Positions 50,933-62,000 of a DNA stretch of 64,000 nt are shown here, in pieces (the stretch's first letter is position 1; every line of letters starts with the position of its first letter). Source of the DNA: Fibrobacterales bacterium (GTDB taxonomy: Bacteria; Fibrobacterota; Fibrobacteria; Fibrobacterales; JAOPTW01); contig JAOPTW010000014.1 of NCBI GenBank assembly GCA_051532035.1, positions 32,001 through 96,000 of the forward strand, read 5' to 3'. Below the pieces are notes generated by a model. The model did no database searches and had not been told where the DNA came from. It worked only from the letters and a program-made list of their open reading frames with translations. The translations under genes were made by a program, and so were the position numbers.

Positions 50933-51665
50933 TGGAACTCACCTCCTGAAGCAATAGCTCTTCGAGGGAATTTCTCGATGTTGTCTTATCAATCAAATCT
51001 TCAACACTCCCCGTTGCACGAATTGTGCCGTCAACCAATAACGCAATACGATTTGAAATAGACTCAACATCATGTAAAATATGGCTTGAATAAAAGATGG
51101 TTGTCCCCTTTTTATTGAGGTTCACCAGTAAGTCGCGCACTAATCGTCGTGCTACAGGATCGAGCCCACTCATTGGTTCATCAAGAATTAACAGTGATGG
51201 CTTATGGAGTATTGCTTGTGCAAGCCCTACTTTTTGGACCATTCCTTTAGAATAAGTCTTTAGAGGAGTATCAATCCAGTGATCCCCAATATGTAACTGT
51301 TCTGCAACCAGAGCTATGCTCTTTTTCCGTTGGTCCGAGTTCATCCCATGGAGCTCCCCGTAAAAGTTAAGTAACTCTCGCCCCGTTAAATAACTATAGA
51401 AATAAGGGTGTTCCGGAAGATACCCAACTTGGGCGGCAACAGATTTTGAATATGTCTCTTCACCCAAAAGAGTTGCGTTACCTGAATCATATCGAATGAG
51501 CCCGAGAAGCGATTTAATCGTTGTTGATTTACCTGCACCATTCGGCCCAATAAACCCAAAAAGATCTCCCTTGTGTACCGAAAAGCTGACCCCTTTAAGA
51601 ACCTCACGAGGCTTTTTAAAGAGATCCTGTTTCCAGGTCTTACGGAGGTCTTTGACCTCAATCAT
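50922..51665 (-). CDS. ABC transporter ATP-binding protein (PilH-like)
   Basis: GPNGAGKS, GYLPEHPYFY, signature YSKGM, LDEPMSGLDP and SSHIL. Confidence 0.9.
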   Translation of the reverse strand: MIEVKDLRKTWKQDLFKKPREVLKGVSFSVHKGDLFGFIGPNGAGKSTTIKSLLGLIRYDSGNATLLGEETYSKSVAAQVGYLPEHPYFYSYLTGRELLNFYGELHGMNSDQRKKSIALVAEQLHIGDHWIDTPLKTYSKGMVQKVGLAQAILHKPSLLILDEPMSGLDPVARRLVRDLLVNLNKKGTTIFYSSHILHDVESISNRIALLVDGTIRATGSVEDLIDKTTSRNSLEELLLQEVSSNGY

Positions 51666-51847
51666 TTTTTATACCGTCTCACTGCATGTAAAATTGCACC
51701 TCCAATATAAAGCACCACCCCCAATCCAAAGAGAGGCATACGCCCCCCTTCTGGCACATTAATAGTGGCTATTAAATCTGTATAGAGAAACGATCCGGCA
51801 AGAGCAATAATACCGATCAATTTTAGAATCCAAGGAAACTGAGACAT
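51662..51847 (-). CDS. Small two-TM membrane protein
   Basis: MSQFPWILK... with two hydrophobic helices; ATGA overlap with the ATPase. Start moved to 51847 because the longer ORF start lies inside a terminator. Confidence 0.6.
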   Translation of the reverse strand: MSQFPWILKLIGIIALAGSFLYTDLIATINVPEGGRMPLFGLGVVLYIGGAILHAVRRYKK

Positions 51848-51881
51848 AGCGATCCAAATAAGGTGTTTAAGATAAATATAT

Positions 51882-51915
51882 AAAAAGTCTGAAACCAAAT
51901 GCTTGATTTCAGACT
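51882..51915 (-). terminator. Intrinsic terminator after CoADR-rhodanese
   Basis: Minus strand AGTCTGAAATCAA...TTGGTTTCAGACTTTTT. Confidence 0.75.
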
Positions 51916-51964
51916 CAAAACAACCACTCTGTTCCTTGAGTGATACGAACGTATCTTCTTATTC

Positions 51965-53581
51965 TTATTTCTTAAGTCTGCCGTATCCCCCTGCAAGGTT
52001 CTTCACACTAAAGCCTTCATTTGTCAATATTTGAGAAGCAATATAGCCACGCATTCCTTTCTGACAGTATACCAAGATATCTAAATCTCGAGGCAGCTTA
52101 CCAAAGTGCCCTCGCAAATCGTCAAGAGGTATATTCTTTGCGCCCTCAATCGATCCACGATTAAATTCGTGTGCAGTACGAACATCAAGTATATAGACCC
52201 CTTCAGATACACTTTCTGCCATAAATTCACTTGGAGTAAGTGAACGGTACCCAAAAGTGCTTTGATTTGAAGCAACATACCCTGCAACAACCACAGGATC
52301 CTTAGCTGGAGAAAACGGAGGTGCATACGCTAAATCTAAATCATGGAGGTCATCAATCGTGAGCCCTGCATACAGTGCTGTCGACAGTACATCAATACGT
52401 TTATCAACTCCTTTTTTACCCCATGCTTCGGCAGAGAGTAACCGGCCAGATTTTTTATCAAATATAATCTCAAGGGCCATTTCCTCTTTACCGGGATAAT
52501 AACCTGGTGTTGCACCTGCATAGATAAAAGTCGATTCTGCCGAATAGTTACTCTCATCAATCTCTTTTGAAGATAAACCAGTACGTGCAAGAGTATAATC
52601 AAACACTTGTACTATTGCCGTACCATACCCACCTTTATAATGGGCCGTGCCGCCCGTTGCATTAATCGCAGCAGTTCGGCCACCCTTATTTGAGTGGGTC
52701 CCCAAGGGGAAGTACCCCGGCTTATGGGTAAGAGGATTTGGTATAGCAACACAATCCCCCGCAGCATAAATATCAGGAAGTGAAGTCTGCATTTGGTCAT
52801 TTACTACAAGCGCTCCATTACCCAACGCTTCTGCACCGTGTTCTGTCAATAGCTCTGTCACAGGCTTAATGCCTGCAGAGAGCATGAGATACTCTGTTTC
52901 GATAGTAGTACCATCTTGTAGGGTCAATACTTTACCATCAAAAGAAATTGCAAACTGCCCCGTTTCAACTCGTATACCCTTTTTCATTAAGACATCCTCG
53001 GCAAGAAGGGCAAACTCTTCGGAATACATTGGAAGTATTTGCCCTGCGCCTTCAACAACGACTACCTCTTTACCAATATGGTGCAAGTTTTCTGCTATTT
53101 CGACGCCAATAAGTCCCGCACCCAATATGGTGATTTTCTGAGCACTTTCAATACCACCTTTACCCATGAGCCGATCAAAATCATCAAGAGTCCTTAAAAA
53201 TGATTTGTTTTCTGCTGCTTCAATACCTTCAATTGGTGGGAGAACTGGACGAGCACCTGTAGCAAAGATCAACGTATCATAGGAATATTCCCCTTGAGCG
53301 GTAGTAATGCTCTTTGCAACGGGATCAACCTTGGTAACCTCTTCTCCTAGATGCATCTCAATATTAAAACGCTGTTCAAGCAGTTCTGGCTTTACCACAA
53401 TTAAGTTTTCACGTTTTGCTATAGTTTTTGATAACGCATACGGCATTCCACACGTTGCATAACTAATAGCGGTATCTTTTTCAAATAGTAGTATTTCGGC
53501 TGATTCACTCATTCTTCGAGCTTTTGCTGCTGCAGCAGGCCCCGCAGAGAGTCCACCTATAATAACAATTCTTTGTTTCAT
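51965..53581 (-). CDS. cdr: CoA-disulfide reductase with C-terminal rhodanese domain (CoADR-RHD / Npsr-like)
   Basis: IIGGLSAG, SYATCGMPY redox Cys, GAGLIGVE, IYAAGD, AYAPPFS; rhodanese LDVR..EF and YCQKGMRG. Confidence 0.9.
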   Translation of the reverse strand: MKQRIVIIGGLSAGPAAAAKARRMSESAEILLFEKDTAISYATCGMPYALSKTIAKRENLIVVKPELLEQRFNIEMHLGEEVTKVDPVAKSITTAQGEYSYDTLIFATGARPVLPPIEGIEAAENKSFLRTLDDFDRLMGKGGIESAQKITILGAGLIGVEIAENLHHIGKEVVVVEGAGQILPMYSEEFALLAEDVLMKKGIRVETGQFAISFDGKVLTLQDGTTIETEYLMLSAGIKPVTELLTEHGAEALGNGALVVNDQMQTSLPDIYAAGDCVAIPNPLTHKPGYFPLGTHSNKGGRTAAINATGGTAHYKGGYGTAIVQVFDYTLARTGLSSKEIDESNYSAESTFIYAGATPGYYPGKEEMALEIIFDKKSGRLLSAEAWGKKGVDKRIDVLSTALYAGLTIDDLHDLDLAYAPPFSPAKDPVVVAGYVASNQSTFGYRSLTPSEFMAESVSEGVYILDVRTAHEFNRGSIEGAKNIPLDDLRGHFGKLPRDLDILVYCQKGMRGYIASQILTNEGFSVKNLAGGYGRLKK

Positions 53582-53626
53582 ATTCTCTTCCCTTTTAAAG
53601 AAGCAGTGATGTGTACTCCGCTGCTT

Positions 53627-53950
53627 TTAGTTGGCGCGAACTATTGCATTAACCGAACCCCAGGTCTTTCCATTGATAACGTTTTCAATTCCCATTGTTT
53701 TCAGTGCTTGAGTAGCTGCGGCAGAGCGCATGCCTGATGCACAAAATAAAATAAGAGGTTGCTTCATTTTTTGAACCTTAGCTTTGTTTTTTCTCATCTC
53801 ATCATGAGGAATATTAATTGCCCCCGGTACCGAGCCTCCACTAAATTCTCCTGCGCTTCGTACATCAATTAATGTAGCTCCACTTTTCAATGCCTCAGCG
53901 ATTTCTCCGCTGTTTCCACTTAATACTTTTTTTATTGCTTCAAATATCAT
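53627..53950 (-). CDS. Single-domain rhodanese
   Basis: LIDVRS.GEF..G..PGAINIP and FCASGMRS. Confidence 0.9.
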   Translation of the reverse strand: MIFEAIKKVLSGNSGEIAEALKSGATLIDVRSAGEFSGGSVPGAINIPHDEMRKNKAKVQKMKQPLILFCASGMRSAAATQALKTMGIENVINGKTWGSVNAIVRAN

Positions 53951-54013
53951 TGGTTACTCCATTAGGGATATACTATAAATAAGAATATAAGCATCTACTA
54001 ATATAAAGTCAAC

Positions 54014-54046
54014 AAAAAAATGCAGTTTATTTCTAAAGTGCATTTT
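54014..54046 (-). terminator. Intrinsic terminator after parC
   Basis: AAAATGCA.TTTA/TAAA.TGCATTTT with a T run on the minus strand. Confidence 0.65.
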
Positions 54047-54060
54047 AGTTAACTTTTTGA

Positions 54061-56658
54061 CTAAAATTTCTTCAATTGAATAGCAGGTACCTTCTTTAAT
54101 ACCTCTTCAAAATCCTTCTTCTTAGGGGTATCTGTAGTAACATCGAGAACTTTTTTAATCTTTTTAGCTGTTATTCGCGTTCCAAGAGCGCGAATACCCC
54201 TAATAGGATAGAGTTCTTCATCTGCAAATTCAAACATTTCGATTGCAGCAGATGCACCACGTTTCTTCGCGCCTATAAATTCAACAAGACACTTAGGTTC
54301 ATGGTCATTACTAAAGTAAAGAAGAACTGAATCTTTATTATCAGAAATACACGCCATATCTTTACCGGCAGCAACCTCTCCAAAGTCAAAACGTTTCACA
54401 TAAAATGAGAGTGAATTACCTTCGTAATAAATTGCTGAATGATATGCCTCTGGGTCATACCTTTTCACACAAAGTACCTCACCTCCAATAGCTACTGAAG
54501 CCTCAACCGCAAAAAAGTTTACCCGCCCACTTATTCGAACAACCATTATAAGATCGTCTCCAGAAAAAGCTCCAACTTCTTCGCCTCTCTTAACATTACT
54601 CACAACATTTGTCACTGAATCGTAATAGAGGGTTTGATCTTCTAATGTCGATGTTCCCGCTTTAAGAAGTTTAACTTTTTTCACAGGGTGTTTCGTAACA
54701 GTGTTCCCTTTAGCCCCCCGTGCTTTCACCTCTGTGTCTTTAAAGTCGACCTTAAAAGCAAGTTTAATACGTGGTTGTGGCTTCAGTGTCACCTCAACTA
54801 CTTCTGCTTCTCCATTAGGATTCGACGAGAAATAAAGCACTTTAGATTTTGCACTTTTAGCTAAAGGATAATCTTTATTACGAGTAATACCCGTTACATT
54901 AAAGCGTTTAATATAGGAGCGTTTATCAACCCCATCTTCATAGATATAGTTATAGGTTGTTCGATCATCCTCTTTATGAAAAATTTCAATGTGTATGATG
55001 TCTTTACCAACATAGACCTTTTTATCAATCTTAGTAACCATAAACGTTGCGTCTTTCTTAAAGACAATCAATTCGTCATATGGTGAACAATCAAAAACAT
55101 ACTCATCTTTTTTAAGAGAAGTCCCTACAAAGCCCTCTTTTTTACTCACATAGAGACGTTGATTCGCAACAGCTACTTGTTTAGCAGAAAGAGTTTGAAA
55201 TTCTTCAATCTCAGTTTTTCTCTCACGACCTTTGCCATATTTTGTAAGAAGACCTTTAAAATAGTTAACTGAATAATCGATTAAATTTTCGAGAAAACCC
55301 TCAACTTCAGCAATTTTTTCATCAAGTTCTTTTAAGAGTTCTTTATTCTTCTGGGCATCAAATCGAGATATTTTTCTGATAGGAATCTCACAAAGACGTA
55401 GAACATCGTCTTGAGTTACCGGCATACGAAGCTTTTTAGTGTATGGCTTCAAACCATCATCTACTAATGTTATCATATCTTCTCGAGATTTAGCCGCTTC
55501 AATTTCAAGATAGACCTTTTTCTCAATAAATATTTTTTCAAGTGATGCTAAATGCCATTTACGATTGAGCTCATCACGTCTATTCTTAAGTTCCCACTCA
55601 AGGAGAGATACAGTGTGCTCAGTTGACTGTTTTAAAATTGTCTGAACATCAGTAAAAACCGGTTTATCACCACGAATAATACAGCAATTTGTACTGATTG
55701 AAACTTCACAGTCAGTAAAGGCATAGAGTGCTTCTATTGTTATAAGGGGATCAATCCCTGGAGCAAGATGGATAAGTATTTCAACTTCACTCGCGGTGTT
55801 ATCCTCGACCTTTTTAATCTTAATTTTATTTTTATCATTGGCAGAAACAATAGAATCTATCAGTGATGTTGTCGTAGTGCCAAAGGGTACTTCAGTGATT
55901 GAGAGTGTTTTTTTATCATGCTGTTCAATTTTAGCGCGTACCTTAACTTTACCACCACGCTCACCACTCTTGTAGTTAGTTATATCGACAATACCACCCT
56001 GCTGAAAGTCTGGATATAAAGTAAATGAGCGTTTTCTCAAATGAGCAATAGAGGCCTGAATTAACTCACAAAAATTATGGGGCAATATCTCAGTTGATAA
56101 TCCAACCGCAATTCCTTTAACTCCTTGGGCAAGAATCATTGGGAATTTCATAGGGAGCTTAGAAGGCTCTTTGGCACGTCCATCATAAGAAGGTAACCAA
56201 TGAGTCGTATCAGGATTAAAGGCAATTTCTAGAGCAAAAGGAGTGAGTCGACCTTCAATATACCGAGCAGCAGCAGAACGGTCGCCGGTCATAATATTAC
56301 CCCAGTTACCCTGCGGATCAATCAAGAGATCTTTTTGACCAAGAGTAACAATAGCATCACCAATAGAGGCGTCTCCATGGGGATGATACTGCATAGTATG
56401 ACCAATAATATTCGCTATTTTATGATAACGGCCATCACTTTTTTCCCAAAATGAGTGGAGAATACGGCGCTGCACCGGCTTTAACCCATCTTCAAAATAG
56501 GGTACTGCTCTATCAAGTATCACATATGAAGCGTAATCGAGAAACCACTCTTCATAGAGTTGTTCAACATGTTTATTATCAGTAACAGAGAGTTCATGGT
56601 TGATCTCATCTGCAGCAATTTCTGTTAAATCGAGTTCTTCTTGGTTTTTATCTGTCAT
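54061..56658 (-). CDS. parC: DNA topoisomerase IV subunit A (GyrA/ParC family)
   Basis: DGLKPVQRRI, YHPHGD and AAARY catalytic Tyr; no GyrA-box seen. Confidence 0.9.
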   Translation of the reverse strand: MTDKNQEELDLTEIAADEINHELSVTDNKHVEQLYEEWFLDYASYVILDRAVPYFEDGLKPVQRRILHSFWEKSDGRYHKIANIIGHTMQYHPHGDASIGDAIVTLGQKDLLIDPQGNWGNIMTGDRSAAARYIEGRLTPFALEIAFNPDTTHWLPSYDGRAKEPSKLPMKFPMILAQGVKGIAVGLSTEILPHNFCELIQASIAHLRKRSFTLYPDFQQGGIVDITNYKSGERGGKVKVRAKIEQHDKKTLSITEVPFGTTTTSLIDSIVSANDKNKIKIKKVEDNTASEVEILIHLAPGIDPLITIEALYAFTDCEVSISTNCCIIRGDKPVFTDVQTILKQSTEHTVSLLEWELKNRRDELNRKWHLASLEKIFIEKKVYLEIEAAKSREDMITLVDDGLKPYTKKLRMPVTQDDVLRLCEIPIRKISRFDAQKNKELLKELDEKIAEVEGFLENLIDYSVNYFKGLLTKYGKGRERKTEIEEFQTLSAKQVAVANQRLYVSKKEGFVGTSLKKDEYVFDCSPYDELIVFKKDATFMVTKIDKKVYVGKDIIHIEIFHKEDDRTTYNYIYEDGVDKRSYIKRFNVTGITRNKDYPLAKSAKSKVLYFSSNPNGEAEVVEVTLKPQPRIKLAFKVDFKDTEVKARGAKGNTVTKHPVKKVKLLKAGTSTLEDQTLYYDSVTNVVSNVKRGEEVGAFSGDDLIMVVRISGRVNFFAVEASVAIGGEVLCVKRYDPEAYHSAIYYEGNSLSFYVKRFDFGEVAAGKDMACISDNKDSVLLYFSNDHEPKCLVEFIGAKKRGASAAIEMFEFADEELYPIRGIRALGTRITAKKIKKVLDVTTDTPKKKDFEEVLKKVPAIQLKKF

Positions 56659-56675
56659 ATCTTTCTTTTGTACTT

Positions 56676-56707
56676 AAAAAATGCAGTACACTGCTATGGT
56701 ACTGCAT
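56676..56707 (-). terminator. Terminator-like hairpin between parE and parC
   Basis: Minus strand ATGCAGTAC-CATAGCAGT-GTACTGCAT followed by TTTTT. Confidence 0.6.
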
Positions 56708-56741
56708 ACAAATCACTAGTTCTACCTGTCTGCCAGGTTAG

Positions 56742-58586
56742 TTACGCAGCAACATCATCATTAACGACATTACGTAAATTTTCAATAATAAATTTCTGAC
56801 GCTCAGGAGTGTTTTTACCCATAAAACGAGTCAATAGTTGAGTCTTAGACATTTCTGGGTGAAGTAATACCGGCTCTAACCGTAAATCTTCACGTAAAAA
56901 CTTTCCAAACTCATTTGGAGATATTTCCCCAAGACCTTTAAAGCGAGTTATCTCTGATTTTTTACCCAATCGCCCAAGGGCTACATCTTTTTCAAGTGCA
57001 TCATAACAGTAAATAGTTTCATTTTTATTCCGCACTCTAAAGAGCGGTGTTTCAAGGATAAACACATGGCCATTCTCAATAAGCTCAGGGAAAAACTGAA
57101 TAAAAAAGGTCAGGAGGAGTAATCTAATATGCATACCATCAACATCAGCATCAGTTGCAATCACCACTTTATTGTACCGTAAGCTATCAATGCCATTTTC
57201 GATATCGAGTGCATGTTGTAACAGGTTAAACTCTTCATTCTCATAGACCACTTTTTTACTCAAGCCAAAGCAATTGAGTGGCTTCCCTTTAAGGCTAAAT
57301 ACCGCCTGGGTCTTAACACTTCTAGCCGTAGTAATAGAACCAGAAGCAGAGTCACCTTCTGTGATAAAGATCATTGTATCATTGCATTCATCTTCTTTTC
57401 CACCAAAATGGAATTTACAATCACGGAGCTTTCGATTATGAATATTTGCTTTTTTGGCCCGTTCATTTGCAAGTTTTTTAATACCCGCAATCTCTTTCCG
57501 CTCTTTTTCAGACTGCTGAATACGCTTGAGTATCGCTGTTGCCACTGCACTATTTTTATGAAGAAAATTATCAAGCTCACGACGAATAAAGTCAGCCATC
57601 CACTTCCTGAGTGTCTCACCACCTTCACTTACATGGGTAGAACCTAATTTAGTTTTCGTCTGAGATTCAAATATCGGTTCTTGGATTCTCACTGACACCG
57701 CCGCAATAATTGCGCTCCTAATATCTGCAGCATCATAATCTTTTTTAAAGAATTCGCGAATTGTTTTTACAAACGCCTCTTTAAATGCATTGAGGTGAGT
57801 CCCCCCCTGGGTAGTATATTGTCCATTAACAAAGGTAAAATATTGCTCACCATAGTGATTGGCATGTGAGAGGGCGATCTCAATATCCCGATTTTTCTCT
57901 GCTATATGAAGAATAGGATAGCGAATAGTATCGTCTACATGACGATTTAAAAGATCATGGAGACCATTTTTAGATTCAAATTTTCTCCCATTAAAGGTGA
58001 TAACCAACCCAGGGTTCAAATAGGAGTAGTTCCAGATTTTCTCTTCTATATAGTCATAAATAAATTTGTACTTTGGAAAAATATCAGTATCTGGGATAAA
58101 CTTAATGATAGTTCCCTGTTTTTCTTTGCACGGCTTGTCTTTAGACTCACTTTCTAAGAGGCCTCTACTAAATTCTGCAATACGCGTCTTACCATCTCGA
58201 ATTGATTGAACCCAAAAATAGCTCGAAAGCGCATTAACTGCTTTAGTACCAACACCATTCATACCAACAGATTTCTGAAATGCCTCATTATCGTATTTAC
58301 CACCAGTATTTATTTTGGATACACAATCAACCATTTTACCAAGAGGAATACCGCGTCCATAGTCACGAATCGTAACCACCCCATCCTCAATAGAAATATC
58401 GAGGTTTTTACCAACACCCATATTGAATTCATCAATAGAGTTATCAATAACCTCTTTTACAAGAACATAAATGCCATCATCAGGAGTTGAACCATCACCC
58501 AATTTACCAATATACATCCCGGGGCGTCTTCTAATATGCTCATGCCACTCAAGTGATTTAATGCTATCTTCGGTATATTTTGCCAT
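56742..58586 (-). CDS. parE: DNA topoisomerase IV subunit B (GyrB/ParE family)
   Basis: [39 protein letters not shown] and RFKGLGE. Confidence 0.92.
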   Translation of the reverse strand: MAKYTEDSIKSLEWHEHIRRRPGMYIGKLGDGSTPDDGIYVLVKEVIDNSIDEFNMGVGKNLDISIEDGVVTIRDYGRGIPLGKMVDCVSKINTGGKYDNEAFQKSVGMNGVGTKAVNALSSYFWVQSIRDGKTRIAEFSRGLLESESKDKPCKEKQGTIIKFIPDTDIFPKYKFIYDYIEEKIWNYSYLNPGLVITFNGRKFESKNGLHDLLNRHVDDTIRYPILHIAEKNRDIEIALSHANHYGEQYFTFVNGQYTTQGGTHLNAFKEAFVKTIREFFKKDYDAADIRSAIIAAVSVRIQEPIFESQTKTKLGSTHVSEGGETLRKWMADFIRRELDNFLHKNSAVATAILKRIQQSEKERKEIAGIKKLANERAKKANIHNRKLRDCKFHFGGKEDECNDTMIFITEGDSASGSITTARSVKTQAVFSLKGKPLNCFGLSKKVVYENEEFNLLQHALDIENGIDSLRYNKVVIATDADVDGMHIRLLLLTFFIQFFPELIENGHVFILETPLFRVRNKNETIYCYDALEKDVALGRLGKKSEITRFKGLGEISPNEFGKFLREDLRLEPVLLHPEMSKTQLLTRFMGKNTPERQKFIIENLRNVVNDDVAA

Positions 58587-58901
58587 AATGGAATATAAAA
58601 CCTTTTAAGTTACTGCTCATTTGAGCAAATATAATAATTTTAATTGACCTGCGAATTTGAGGTCACAAATATAAGATTCTAAGGTAACAAAAAGCACATA
58701 TTTTGTGGAAATTTATTCAAAAACGCTGTAACCTATTTAATATTGGAGAGTTACAATGTCTCAATATCAGCTTTTTACCTCACTCAAATGCGCTATTTCA
58801 CTCGGCAATCACCTCATTTCAAACCCGCCACCTGTTTTATGCCCCAATCAGCATTCCATTAGATCAACTGTGTACGACACTTTTCCAACCCTGACAATAA
58901 T

Positions 58902-58916
58902 TTGTAACTGTTACAA
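58902..58916. promoter_or_regulatory. Palindromic operator candidate upstream of the FAD/Fe-S oxidoreductase
   Basis: Perfect palindrome TTGTAAC-T-GTTACAA. Confidence 0.45.
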
Positions 58917-59048
58917 CTAAACGCCTGAATTTCATGATTTTCAACAGTTATTTTCCTAATTTTGTATCGAATCTTACACTTATTTGAATTTTTTGATTCA
59001 ATTAAAAACGGCTAAAAACTGCCTAAGCACGCGAAAGCGAGGTACATC

Positions 59049-62000
59049 ATGAGTATAAATTATAGAGAAATACCATATAACTACACTTCACTCACTGATA
59101 AAGAGATCATTCTCAAATACCTCGACTCCGAAGCTTGGGATATCCTAGAGGAGCTCCGCTCCCATCGCGTAACTGGGAAAAGTGCTAAAATGCTCTTTGA
59201 AATCATTGGTGATATTTTCATTATTGATCGCAACCCGTATATCTCAAACGATTTCAGCGAAACGCCGCAAAAACTTCGCAAAATCAAAGCCCAACATAAA
59301 CGCCGTCTTGAAATGATTGAAGCAGGCGCAAGTAACGAACACAAAGAGAGTATTCTTATTAAGAAGACTCGTAAATTGGTTCGCGACTTTTTTAAAAACA
59401 TTGAAGGTAAAACCAAACAAGAGAAAAAAATTCTCTCTGCTTTCAGTAGCGCTACCAACAAACAAAATATTAAATTTTCAGCGTTTCACAAAGTAGCACA
59501 CTGTACTGATGCAACTGACTGGAGAATTGAATATCCAGAAGTTATTATCTACCCTGACTCTGCAAAAGAGCTTCCGCAACTCGTAAAAATTGCTCAAAAG
59601 CTCGGATTAAAAATTATTGCACGTGGTGGTGGTACTGGTCTTACTGGTGGTGCTGTTCCTGTGGTTCCCAATACCCTAATAATAAATACTGAGAAGCTCA
59701 ATAAAGTCGGTGCTATCGAAATGGTAACGACCAAAGAGGGCAAAGAGCTCCCGATAATTAACCTTGAAACAGGGGTGATTACCAACGACGCTACCGCACA
59801 TTGTAAAAACAAAGGATATGTATTCGCTACAGACCCAACATCTGCATGGGCATCAAGTATTGGTGGTAACATCGCAGAAAATGCGGGTGGTAAAAAAGCA
59901 GTAATGTGGGGCTGTTGTATAGACAATCTCTACTCTTTTAAAATGGTACTTGCCGGTGGCCGCCTCATAGAAGTTGAGCGTAAAAACCACCCACACCGCA
60001 AAATAGAAGAGACTGATATTGTCGAATACGAAACCTATGAGTATGACAAAAAAGGGAACCGTACACTCCTTGACACTTTTACTCTTAAAGCAACTGAAGT
60101 CCGTAAAAAAGGCCTTGGCAAAGATATCACCAACAAAGCACTGGGTGGTGTTCCCGGTATCCAAAAAGAGGGTGGCGATGGAATCATTTATGATACCCGC
60201 TTTGTACTCTACACCCCTTTCAACCATGCCCGTACTATCTGCCTTGAGTTCTATGGCACTAACATGGTTAATGCCTCTAAAGCAATTGTTGAAATTCGTG
60301 AAAGCTTTGGAACCAGTGACTATGTATTCCTCACAGCTTTAGAACACTTTGATGATGTCTACATGGATAAAATCGACTACAACGTTAAGTCAAATAGAAA
60401 TGAATCACCAAAAGCTGTACTGCTCATTGATGTTGAGAGTAATGACGAAAATGCTGTTGATAGTGCCTGTAAAGACATTACTGAGCTCGTGCAAGAATAT
60501 AACACCGAAGGCTTTATTGCAAGTGATGCAGATGAGAGTGAACGATACTGGAAAGATCGTAAAAACCTCGGTGCAATCGCAAAACACACCAACGGCTTTA
60601 AAACTAATGAAGATATTGTAGTACCAATAAAAAAAATGCCAGGTATCATCGACTTCTTTGACAAACTCAACGCCGAAAAAGAGCTCGACAACAGTATACA
60701 AACCATTGAAGAGATTGAACGCTTTTGTGAGAGCCTCAAGAGTAAAAACATCGATGGCATCAGCAGTGATAAGGTCGACCTCTATATACAAGAGATCAAT
60801 GCCTATGCTGTTTGGTGTAAACTCATGTGGGACAACATTGAAAACCCAACCAAAAATGTTGATGCATCATATCCGAGTGAAGAGCGTACTATATTTAAGA
60901 TGATTCAAGATGGTGAGATCAAGCCTGATTTTAATGCCAAAGTAATTCAACCTTTTCATAATACTTTTAAAGTATTCCCTGCTATTCTCGATCTCTTTGA
61001 CAAAACCGCTGACAGTGTACGCCGTAGAAAAATAATTATTGCGACACACATGCATGCAGGTGATGGTAACATTCACGTAAACATACCAGTACACTCAAGT
61101 GATCATATTATGATGCACGAAACCGAAGAGGTTGTAGATATCATATTTAAAGAGACCATTCGTATTGACGGTGTGGTATCTGGTGAACATGGTATCGGTA
61201 TTGCAAAACTAAAATATCTCGATGAATCAATCATGGAGGAGTACGCTGAACATAAGAAAAAAATTGATCCCAGTGACCTGTTTAACCCAGGTAAACTCGC
61301 CAAAGGATTCCCTTTTGAAAAAGTGTACACTCCTTCATTTAACCTTCTAGAACTCGAAGCATTTGTTCTCGAGGCTACAGACCTTCAGAGTCTCTCAGAG
61401 TCTATAGCAAACTGTGTTCGTTGTGGTAAATGCAAACCTGTCTGTAATACCCACTACCCCGAAGGGACAATGTTCTATAGCCCCCGAAATAAAATTTTGG
61501 GAGTGGGTCTTATCATGGAAGCAGTACTGTACGACACATTAACCAGTAATAGTATCTCATTCCGAAACTTTAAAAAATTGACTGAGATTGCACAAAACTG
61601 TACCATGTGTCACCGTTGTGAGGCGCCATGTCCAGTCAATATTGACTTTGGCGATGTGACCCTCAATATTAAAAAACTATTGAACGCTCGTAAAAAAGCA
61701 GTGTTCCACCCTGGTGTTGCTTTTGCCTATTTCTTCCTTAGTTTAAAAGGGGTCTGGATTAACCAAGTCTTTAGGTTTGGTATGTTCAAAGTAGGCTATC
61801 GTCTTCAGCGACTGGGGCATGCACTTATGCGACCATTTGAAAAAGTAATCACCAAGACAATTCCTGGTATTTATGAGATGGTCAAAGGGCGCTACCCAAT
61901 GACAACCCTCCCAACACTTCGTGAACAGTTTAAGCTCTCGGACCGAAATTCGGTCTACACCTTTCACAACCCAGATAAAGAAGTAGTGAAAACAGTATTC

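Noticed and set aside
56360..56395. ParC QRDR HGDAS (Ala at the Ser83-equivalent) as acquired quinolone resistance
   Set aside because: Most likely the native sequence of this ParC subtype; nothing indicates a selected mutation.
59081..61967. Numerous 70-128 aa ORFs overlapping the oxidoreductase, and similar ones in other long genes
   Set aside because: They lie wholly within well-supported genes and show no motifs, so they are shadow ORFs.
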